Below are positions 9,209-15,055 of a DNA stretch of 35,194 nucleotides, piece after piece. Under the pieces are notes generated by a model. That model did not search any database. It was given only the letters and a program-made list of their open reading frames with translations, and was not told the DNA's origin. The first letter of the stretch is position 1. Every line of letters begins with the position of its first letter. This DNA comes from a virus (taxonomy: Duplodnaviria; Caudoviricetes), in the IMG/VR virus record IMGVR_UViG_3300022741_000065, positions 1-35,194 of that record; one strand, 5' to 3'. The position numbers and the translations under genes were made by a program.

Positions 9209-9544
9209 TCAGCCGGTGTTGGCGAACATGTCTAGCTGGTCGCGGGTGCTCAGCTCGGCGGCGACGAAGGCGTCGATGGCCTCCTGTCGGTCCAGGCGGG
9301 GCAGGGTGACGCGCGGGTTGGGCAGCAGGGAGGGGGAAACCTCCACGTCCCACGCCGCGTGGGCCTTGCCGGTGAAGCCGCAGCCGGTGCAGATGGCCCA
9401 GGCCTCGCGGTAGGTTTCGGTGATGCTGCGCGAGGTGCGGATGTAGGCGCGCTTGCCACAATGCGGGCAGGTGAGCGCCAGGCCATGGGGCGTACCGGAC
9501 TTCTCGCGCACCGGGGCGTCGTCGGGGGGCAGGGGCGTGGTCAC
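9209..9544 (-). CDS. ogr: Ogr/Delta-like Zn-finger late-gene activator
   Basis: CPHCGKRAYIRTSR...C..CGFT...SPS motif. Confidence 0.88.
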   Translation of the reverse strand: MTTPLPPDDAPVREKSGTPHGLALTCPHCGKRAYIRTSRSITETYREAWAICTGCGFTGKAHAAWDVEVSPSLLPNPRVTLPRLDRQEAIDAFVAAELSTRDQLDMFANTG

Positions 9545-9759
9545 AGGGAGCCCTCGCGCATCACGCCTCGTTCCGAGGCAAAGCGCAGTGCCGAATACTC
9601 ATCCACTTGCACCGCGCCACCAGCGATGCACGTCGGGGCGTCGAGGCAGCCCAGCCAGCTTTGGTCCTCGTACCCAAGCTGGCCGCCAAATTCCTCGCGG
9701 AGTTCCCAGACGAGCTGATGCCCGGTGTGGCGGGAGTAGATGCGGAGCGGCTTAGCCAT
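9541..9759 (-). CDS. Small hypothetical protein
   Basis: Coupled ORF between the cII-like gene and ogr. Confidence 0.55.
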   Translation of the reverse strand: MAKPLRIYSRHTGHQLVWELREEFGGQLGYEDQSWLGCLDAPTCIAGGAVQVDEYSALRFASERGVMREGSL

Positions 9760-10220
9760 TACCGGGCCTCCTCGGGGGCGGGCTCCGCCATCTCTTCCAG
9801 GCGGGCCAGCAGGCTGAACATGGCTTGCTGGGTGCGGTAGATCGCACCGCGCACATGCTTCAGCTCATGCCGTTCCACCCGGTGGTCGGCAAGGGTGTTT
9901 TCCACCGCCGTGCCCACGTTGCCGTGTGCGCTCCACACCTGGGCAATCAGCTCCAGCACCGCCATATCGCTGGCGCTGCCCTCGGCCTCCACCTTGATGG
10001 CCACATGGCCGTGGTTGGCGCACAGGGCGTGCAGGACGAGGTAGCTGCCGGTGAGGGCGATGGCGCGGTCGGCATCTTCCAAGCTGGGGATGTTGGCCCG
10101 GCTGTTGGGGTTGGCCTTGTTGCGCAGCACCGCGGCGGTGAGGCCCATGCGGGGGGCGAGGGCTTCGCAGCCGCCGGGGGCGTCGTGGACCGTGCGGTAG
10201 AAGGCGTCTAGCAGGTTCAT
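9759..10220 (-). CDS. Phage regulatory protein, 186-type CII family
   Basis: HDAPGGCEALAPRMG...VLRNKANPN motif; lies downstream of cro. Confidence 0.82.
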   Translation of the reverse strand: MNLLDAFYRTVHDAPGGCEALAPRMGLTAAVLRNKANPNSRANIPSLEDADRAIALTGSYLVLHALCANHGHVAIKVEAEGSASDMAVLELIAQVWSAHGNVGTAVENTLADHRVERHELKHVRGAIYRTQQAMFSLLARLEEMAEPAPEEAR

Positions 10221-10259
10221 TCGTGCGCCCCGGAATCAAATGATGTGATCATTTCCCGC

Positions 10260-10796
10260 TCACTCCACAATTGCGGCATCAACGTTCCGCGCCTTCTTGC
10301 CATGCCCAAGCGCAGTGCCAGCCTTCCGCCGCAACCCATCCTGCTGGGCGATTCCGCCGCGGCGCTTGAGATTGCCTTCCTGCTCTTGCTGGACGCCGTT
10401 GCTATCGGCTATCCGCCGATTGCTGCAGGGCTGGTCGATGAGCTGGACAGGATGCTGGCCCACCGCCTTCCCACTCCCGGCATTCAGGCCCGGCTGGCCG
10501 AGCTGCGCGAGCACCTCGCCGGGCTCATCCACATCAGTGGAAACGGATTGCCCAACTAGGGACGGAGGGAGTCCGTCGGTCGGGTTGGGGTAGAGGTCCG
10601 GCCGGGTGTCGTAGGGGCGCACCGCGTAGTTGGTCGCCTTGGAGAGCGGCAGCACGCGCCCGCTGGGAACCTGCCGCGTGCCATTCGCATAATGGCGAAC
10701 TGCGATCTCTGTCACGTCGAGCGCGAGCGCAATCTGCGTCCGCAGGGCGTGGCGTTGGCGTTTTGGCACGCAGCTGATAAAGGTCTGTAGCTTCAT
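10260..10796 (-). CDS. Cro/YdaS-like HTH regulator with an unusual 3' extension
   Basis: HTH followed by RPDLYPNPTDGLP; divergent from the cI-like gene. Confidence 0.8.
   Translation of the reverse strand: MKLQTFISCVPKRQRHALRTQIALALDVTEIAVRHYANGTRQVPSGRVLPLSKATNYAVRPYDTRPDLYPNPTDGLPPSLVGQSVSTDVDEPGEVLAQLGQPGLNAGSGKAVGQHPVQLIDQPCSNRRIADSNGVQQEQEGNLKRRGGIAQQDGLRRKAGTALGHGKKARNVDAAIVE
10302..10559 (+). CDS. Candidate small protein antisense to the cro extension
   Basis: 85-aa ORF with natural-looking amphipathic/hydrophobic helices; ends where the Cro domain ends. Confidence 0.45.
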   Translation: MPKRSASLPPQPILLGDSAAALEIAFLLLLDAVAIGYPPIAAGLVDELDRMLAHRLPTPGIQARLAELREHLAGLIHISGNGLPN

Positions 10797-10801
10797 GGGA
10801 G

Positions 10802-10875
10802 GATACAATATGTATCCAACGCGGCGCTGTCAAGATACAAAACGTGGCGTTGTTGAAAAAGATACGGCTTGTATC
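10802..10875. promoter_or_regulatory. Three operators of the lysis/lysogeny switch, GATAC-N5-GTATC
   Basis: GATACaatatGTATC 10802-10816, degenerate GATACaaaacGTGGC 10834-10848, GATACggcttGTATC 10861-10875. Confidence 0.8.
10805..10833 (-). promoter_or_regulatory. Early lytic (cro) sigma70 promoter
   Basis: Minus strand TTGACA (10833-10828), 17-bp spacer, TATTGT (10810-10805); the -10 lies inside operator 1. Confidence 0.8.
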
Positions 10876-10884
10876 ATCCGCACG

Positions 10885-11409
10885 ATGCAAACGAGCCTTC
10901 CGTGGTGGGAGCGCGCCAGCGCCCGGATATCCGAACTAGGCCTCAAGCAGCAGGATCTGCTGGAGACGTTCGAGGTCAACACGCGCGGAGCAATCGGCCA
11001 TTACCTCTCGGGGCGGCGTGAGCCGTCCCTCGCGCAGTTTCAGCGCCTGGCGGTTCGGCTGGGCATGACGATGGACGAGCTGCTCAGCGGGGCTGTGTCT
11101 GAGCCGCTCGCTCGCCCCCCGGCGCTGGTTGTGGCATCCGAACCCCTCAATTCCTACCTGGCGATTCGGCAGGATGCGGACTTGGTCCGCGAGCTGCTCG
11201 CGGGCGTATTGCGTCCGCTGGGGCTGCGGCTGGCTGCTTTTGAGATAGACGGGGAGCAGGGCTTGCGGCTTTCCGCGGAGTGGTCGCCGCCGGGCGAGCA
11301 CAGGCGTGGCTTGGATGCTGTGGATGAGGCGCCGCGGGGGGCTGGCGGCGCCTTACCGGGTGAGATTACGCGGAGTGTGGGCGGGCGGTCGATCCGCCGG
11401 CGGGGCTAG
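10885..11409 (+). CDS. CI-like XRE-family repressor lacking an S24 peptidase domain
   Basis: GLKQQDL...TRGAIGHYLSGRREPS...LGMTMDELL HTH; divergent from cro across the operators. Confidence 0.82.
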   Translation: MQTSLPWWERASARISELGLKQQDLLETFEVNTRGAIGHYLSGRREPSLAQFQRLAVRLGMTMDELLSGAVSEPLARPPALVVASEPLNSYLAIRQDADLVRELLAGVLRPLGLRLAAFEIDGEQGLRLSAEWSPPGEHRRGLDAVDEAPRGAGGALPGEITRSVGGRSIRRRG

Positions 11410-11717
11410 TGCTGGTCTTCTGGCCAAAGCAGCAGATGTGCAAGGCGTGATGCGCCGTAGTGCGCCAGCGTCTGATTGCTTCGAGCTGCGCCGAGCAGGC
11501 CTTCGCGCGTGCGGCCTTGGGAGTCGATCGCAGTGTATGCGGCGCCGATGATTTCGCCGCGGGCTGCAGCCTCGGCGAGCCGCAAGAGCCCGGTTTCAGT
11601 GTCGCGCTGGTTGGGGCTGGGGAAGGCGACGACGACGGGCGGGGGTGGTGACACGATGCGCTCCAAGTGTAGGGACACCGGATCATCGCATGGGGCAAGG
11701 GGTTGCCTGTCTCGCAT
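11406..11717 (-). CDS. Hypothetical protein
   Basis: C-terminal 70 aa look globular (RGEIIGAAYTAID); start codon uncertain. Confidence 0.5.
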   Translation of the reverse strand: MRDRQPLAPCDDPVSLHLERIVSPPPPVVVAFPSPNQRDTETGLLRLAEAAARGEIIGAAYTAIDSQGRTREGLLGAARSNQTLAHYGASRLAHLLLWPEDQH

Positions 11718-11786
11718 AAGCGCAAGGAATGCGCACTATTCCCGCTCAATACCCATTTTTTGAAATGAGATGCTAAGGGGCAAAAG

Positions 11787-12182
11787 ATGAAGGTTTTGCA
11801 GGGCGTAGTTTTTGCCATGGGGCTGGCCGCGATAGGAGCTCAGGCCGCAGACCCGAAAGTACCGGAGGCGACGCATAAGGCCCTGCAGCCGTGGAAGCCG
11901 GTGTCAGTTACGGCGACGGTGGATCAGCTGCAAGTGATCCTTCCGCAAGATCGAGTGACCGAGCAGACCTTTGCAAGCGTGGTGAGTGCGCTTTGTGATT
12001 CCGTTCGCGGTGCGAAGCCACACTGGCCGGCGCTGGCGCGGAAAGAGGCGGTAGTGCTCAACCGCCACCGCAAGCAAGGGTATGTGCTGGATGGCGGGCT
12101 GGTGGAGACATGCGCCGAGGAAGGGGAGGTTACGGCGGGCGACCGGCCCCTGTTCCTTGCCGCCCGCACGCGACTCTTTTGA
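11787..12182 (+). CDS. Secreted/periplasmic hypothetical protein
   Basis: Sec signal MKVLQGVVFAMGLAAIGAQA-A, AAGGGG RBS, two Cys. Confidence 0.75.
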   Translation: MKVLQGVVFAMGLAAIGAQAADPKVPEATHKALQPWKPVSVTATVDQLQVILPQDRVTEQTFASVVSALCDSVRGAKPHWPALARKEAVVLNRHRKQGYVLDGGLVETCAEEGEVTAGDRPLFLAARTRLF

Positions 12183-12198
12183 CGTGAGAGGGCAAAAC

Positions 12199-12498
12199 AT
12201 GAGGTTGTGGGCAGGGATCTGCTCCGCGGTGGTGCTGGCGGTGGGGTGTGGCAGCGGTACGGACAGCGCGGTGGTGACGGCGGCGGAGTACGGCGAGAGC
12301 TGGCCGCTGTCGGTGCCGGAGGCCAAGCTGTATTGCAATGCCGCTGGGGAGCGCTACCTCGCGGTGGACGGCGTTACCTACGCCCTCAACGGCAAGGCCC
12401 TGGCCGCCGGCATGCAACGGCCCGATGCCGTGCTCAAGCAGGGGGCGCCCTTCACCCTTGGGGTTCTGATTGACCGGGCAGGGATGCTTTGCCCATAG
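12199..12498 (+). CDS. YebY/DUF2511-like lipoprotein
   Basis: Lipobox AVGC; YGESWPLSV...L.C...TYALNGKA...LC motif. Confidence 0.75.
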   Translation: MRLWAGICSAVVLAVGCGSGTDSAVVTAAEYGESWPLSVPEAKLYCNAAGERYLAVDGVTYALNGKALAAGMQRPDAVLKQGAPFTLGVLIDRAGMLCP

Positions 12499-12850
12499 GA
12501 GAGCCGTGCCCATAGTGCTGGTGGAACTGCGGCCCGCTCTCATTGCCGCGCGGCTTGGTGAGGCTGCATTCCCATTCCTGCATGACCGCCGCCCCTGCGT
12601 CATTGTCGTCGCGCAGGTAGCGGCGGTCCTCTTCGTAGCCCCGTAGGTAGAAGGTGGGGCCGTCCATGCCCAGCAGCTCGGCGCAGTAGAGCTTGGCAAG
12701 CGGCTCTGCGCCGCCTTGTGTTGCCTGGCCGAAGTGATACAGCTTGTATTCCCGCCAGTTGCCCCGCAGTTCGCCGCGCAGCACTTGGGGTTCCTCGCTT
12801 TTCGAGACGCGGCGGCCCCGCACGCGCATCACTCTGATTTCAACGTCCAT
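12452..12850 (-). CDS. SOS-regulated hypothetical protein (candidate antirepressor)
   Basis: 132-aa ORF whose start lies 18 nt downstream of a LexA box. Confidence 0.65.
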   Translation of the reverse strand: MDVEIRVMRVRGRRVSKSEEPQVLRGELRGNWREYKLYHFGQATQGGAEPLAKLYCAELLGMDGPTFYLRGYEEDRRYLRDDNDAGAAVMQEWECSLTKPRGNESGPQFHQHYGHGSPMGKASLPGQSEPQG

Positions 12851-12868
12851 GGTTCGAAGGGTTTGATG

Positions 12869-12884
12869 CTGTATTTGTATACAG
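12869..12884. promoter_or_regulatory. LexA (SOS) box
   Basis: CTGTATTTGTATACAG = CTGT-N8-ACAG; overlaps the -10 of a minus-strand promoter TTGAAG(12909-12904)-17-TACTGT(12886-12881). Confidence 0.88.
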
Positions 12885-13028
12885 TATCCTGCGCAGGAGG
12901 TGCCTTCAATTCCTTCTCTCCTGCGGCCGATCCGGCTGGGATATCGAGAATGTGAATTCGCCCACCGGCGTGCCTTTGGCTGCTCGCCCGCCGTTCGTCG
13001 GCACGGTTCCTGGCTGCTGGAAAATTGG

Positions 13029-13253
13029 CTATTCGGCTTTCCGTGTGGGAGCAGATTTTTGGTGGTGTGGTGCAGCCCCGTCTATGGCCGCTCCGTCAAT
13101 CTGGTTGCGTACCCATCCCCCTCCGCCAAGGAGGGCGAGTTTGTCCCGTTGCGCCAGGGTCATGCGCAGGGAAACCGTTACCGTCTTCTCCCCTTCTCTG
13201 ACCGGCTTACGGCCCTGTCCTCGACCGGCACCGCCGCGCTTTGTTTCAGTCAT
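13029..13253 (-). CDS. Small DNA-binding protein (GGAGRGQGRKP hook + RHH-like), candidate Aca regulator
   Basis: 74 aa; TGATG-coupled to the acrIF11-like gene; basic hook, then beta-strand TVSLRM and helices. Confidence 0.65.
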   Translation of the reverse strand: MTETKRGGAGRGQGRKPVREGEKTVTVSLRMTLAQRDKLALLGGGGWVRNQIDGAAIDGAAPHHQKSAPTRKAE

Positions 13254-13681
13254 CAGGCCCGTTCCAGTTCGGGCTCGCGGCCCAGCATGTCGATCATGTA
13301 GCAAGTGCCTTGTTCGTCACGCATCGAAACCCCGCGATAGCCCAGAATCTTGGCAGCCTGAGCGGTCATGGCTTGGATGTCCCAGCTCATCTCGGCCTCG
13401 CCGCAGTCATCCTTCTGAGAAAGCATGGCTTCGGCGGTTTCTTCGTCGCAGCCGAGCATTTCCATGATCTTGGCAACCAGTCCGTCCAGCTTCGAAGCGT
13501 CAGCATGGTAGAAAAGCCGGCTGGCTTCGATGATCAGATCTTCCGGAACTCCAATCTTGTAAGTGACGTAGCTGCCGGCGGTCATTACGTATTCGTTTTC
13601 GGCGAAGCACAGGAACTCACCGAACCGTCCAGACTGATCAATCTCGGTGATTTCTATTGGGCTGCTGTGGAACAGTTCCAT
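13253..13681 (-). CDS. acrIF11: AcrIF11-family anti-CRISPR ADP-ribosyltransferase
   Basis: MELFHSSPIEITEIDQSGRFG and WDIQ...LGYRGVSMRDEQGT match the recalled AcrIF11 segments MELFHGSYEEISEIRDSGVFG and WELQ...LGYTSVEMEDEHGT; alternative start at 13693. Confidence 0.85.
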   Translation of the reverse strand: MELFHSSPIEITEIDQSGRFGEFLCFAENEYVMTAGSYVTYKIGVPEDLIIEASRLFYHADASKLDGLVAKIMEMLGCDEETAEAMLSQKDDCGEAEMSWDIQAMTAQAAKILGYRGVSMRDEQGTCYMIDMLGREPELERA

Positions 13682-13712
13682 GGTTGCTCTCATGCTTGGC
13701 TATGTCTATGTT

Positions 13713-13768
13713 TGTTATTGTAGTGCAAAATCAAAAAATGTCAAGATGTTATTGTAGTGCGAAATCAA
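13713..13768. repeat. 22-bp direct repeat pair across the acrIF11 promoter
   Basis: TGTTATTGTAGTGCAAAATCAA (13713-13734) and TGTTATTGTAGTGCGAAATCAA (13747-13768), one mismatch. Confidence 0.9.
13717..13744 (-). promoter_or_regulatory. Strong sigma70 promoter of the acrIF11 operon
   Basis: Minus strand TTGACA (13744-13739), 16-bp spacer, TACAAT (13722-13717). Confidence 0.78.
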
Positions 13769-13779
13769 TGCCAGTCGCT

Positions 13780-13807
13780 GCGATGTGAAATGCCGATTTC
13801 ACATCGC
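13780..13807. repeat. Perfect 12-bp inverted repeat between the divergent acr promoters
   Basis: GCGATGTGAAAT-GCCG-ATTTCACATCGC. Confidence 0.85.
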
Positions 13808-13829
13808 TTTCCGGGTAGGGAGAAAACTA

Positions 13830-13858
13830 TTGATTATACGTTTCTAAACACGTATGAT
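13830..13858 (+). promoter_or_regulatory. Sigma70 promoter of the aca4-like operon with an internal palindromic operator
   Basis: TTGATT-17-TATGAT; ATACGT-N8-ACGTAT (13836-13855) spans the spacer and -10. Confidence 0.8.
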
Positions 13859-13906
13859 CTGTTTCGTGGATGCGGTTAGCATTCACCCGGCCCGGCGGCT
13901 CCGGAG

Positions 13907-13938
13907 GTCGCGCCCCCAGCGGGCGAGGGGAATCAGAA
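13907..13938 (+). ncRNA. Solitary type I-C CRISPR-repeat-like unit (candidate Racr or Cas5-responsive leader)
   Basis: GTCGCGCCCCCAGCGGGCGAGGGGAATCAGAA versus the recalled I-C repeat GTCGCGCCCnnnnnGGGCGCGTGGATTGAAAC; CGCCC/GGGCG stem retained. Confidence 0.5.
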
Positions 13939-14250
13939 ATGGTCAAGATCATCAGCAGTCAGCACTTCCTTGATGACGAGATAGTGCAGTCCAAGGTGGA
14001 TGCGGCTGATTTCGTAGTGACGTTGTCGCCTGTGTTCGAGGTGGAAGGGGTTGTGGTTCAGGTTGTTCTGGATGGACACCATTCCTTCGCCGCTGCGCAG
14101 CGCGTGGGTGTAGAGCCGGAGTACGAAGTTGCTACCGTGCAGACCAATGACGCCATCAACCTCATTGCAGCAGATCCGGTTTCTTTCCTTGAAGCGGTCT
14201 GGGTGGATGGCGATTACTACGACGTGATCAACGGAGGTGATGTGTGGTGA
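13939..14250 (+). CDS. Small acidic ParB/Srx-like protein, candidate anti-defence gene
   Basis: VLDGHHSFAAA ParB-like motif; 103 aa; first gene of the operon ending in the aca4-like gene. Confidence 0.75.
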   Translation: MVKIISSQHFLDDEIVQSKVDAADFVVTLSPVFEVEGVVVQVVLDGHHSFAAAQRVGVEPEYEVATVQTNDAINLIAADPVSFLEAVWVDGDYYDVINGGDVW

Positions 14251-14579
14251 CTGACTACAGCGAAGAGCAACTCGGGGATATCCGGGTTCAGCCGCTCAAT
14301 TCGAAAACCAAAGGGCGTTTCAGCTTGGTGGTGGTTCAGCCGTCGAGCAATGAGCAGTTGCTGTTGCTTGAGCCTTGCGACTGGGACGTAGGCCGAGCGC
14401 GGGTTGTCTCGATGGTACGTGCTGGCGTAGATCCGGCGGACATCCGCTTTTCGTGGCGGGGTGATGGTCAGCTGAATACAGACGGCCTCCCGCTTCGCCC
14501 GTGCATGGAAGCGTTGTGGTGGACCGAGCGCGACCAGCGGCTGTTGGACAAGGAGCGGGAGGCTGAAAATGTCGGCTAG
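14244..14579 (+). CDS. Hypothetical protein, candidate Acr
   Basis: GGAGG RBS, overlaps the upstream stop; start at 14244 or 14247. Confidence 0.7.
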   Translation: MVTDYSEEQLGDIRVQPLNSKTKGRFSLVVVQPSSNEQLLLLEPCDWDVGRARVVSMVRAGVDPADIRFSWRGDGQLNTDGLPLRPCMEALWWTERDQRLLDKEREAENVG

Positions 14580-14859
14580 GTCGCTCACCATCAATCAGCG
14601 GCTGGGGAAAGCCAAGTCGTCAGCAGTCCGGCAGGAAATAGCCCAGGACTGGACGCGTAATTGGCACCAGGACCAGCGCCAGGCGGTGGAACTGCTTCTC
14701 CGCGCCATTGCCGTGCAGGATTGGCGCGAGGCGAGGTTCGCGGCGGATCAACTCGCAGGCATTACAGAGAAGAGGTTTTCTGCTCTGCCGCGAGTATTCG
14801 CCCAGGTAGGTGAAGTGCTGCCGCCTCCTGGAGCGCGGGCGGATGCCGATGACAGCTGA
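14569..14859 (+). CDS. Hypothetical helical protein, candidate Acr
   Basis: GGAGG RBS; 96 aa; directly upstream of the aca4-like gene. Confidence 0.7.
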   Translation: MSARSLTINQRLGKAKSSAVRQEIAQDWTRNWHQDQRQAVELLLRAIAVQDWREARFAADQLAGITEKRFSALPRVFAQVGEVLPPPGARADADDS

Positions 14860-15055
14860 GCAATTCGCTGCGTTGGCGACGCTGCTGCGCATGCGTGGCC
14901 CCTCACGGGAAGGGGCACGGCTTGTTCTCGTGGATGGGGTAGCGCCGTCTGCCGCGGCGAGGCAGGCGGGGGCCTTGCCCCAATCGGTCAGCGATGCGGT
15001 ACGCCGATGCCGCCGGGGACTTGATCTTGCGAGGCAGGCTGCGGGCTGCGGCTAG
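14843..15055 (+). CDS. aca4: Anti-CRISPR-associated HTH protein, Aca4-like (TrfB/KorA-type)
   Basis: MTAEQFAALATLLRMRGPSREGARLVLVDG...AAARQAG...QSVSDAVRRCRRGLDLA matches the recalled Aca4 MTEEQFSALAELMRLRGGPGEDAARLVLVNG...CRRGIELA. Confidence 0.85.
   Translation: MPMTAEQFAALATLLRMRGPSREGARLVLVDGVAPSAAARQAGALPQSVSDAVRRCRRGLDLARQAAGCG

Noticed and set aside
13713-13768. Mini CRISPR array formed by the 22-bp direct repeats
   Set aside because: Only 12 bp between the copies, no hairpin, and they overlap promoter elements; operators are more likely
13784-13803. CRP/FNR binding site
   Set aside because: TGTGA and TCACA are 10 bp apart rather than 6
13907-13938. CRISPR array
   Set aside because: Only one degenerate repeat, with no repeat-spacer periodicity and no cas genes; reported as a solitary repeat instead
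13939-14250. Plasmid-prophage partition system
   Set aside because: No ParA, no ParB HTH domain, and the phage encodes an integrase
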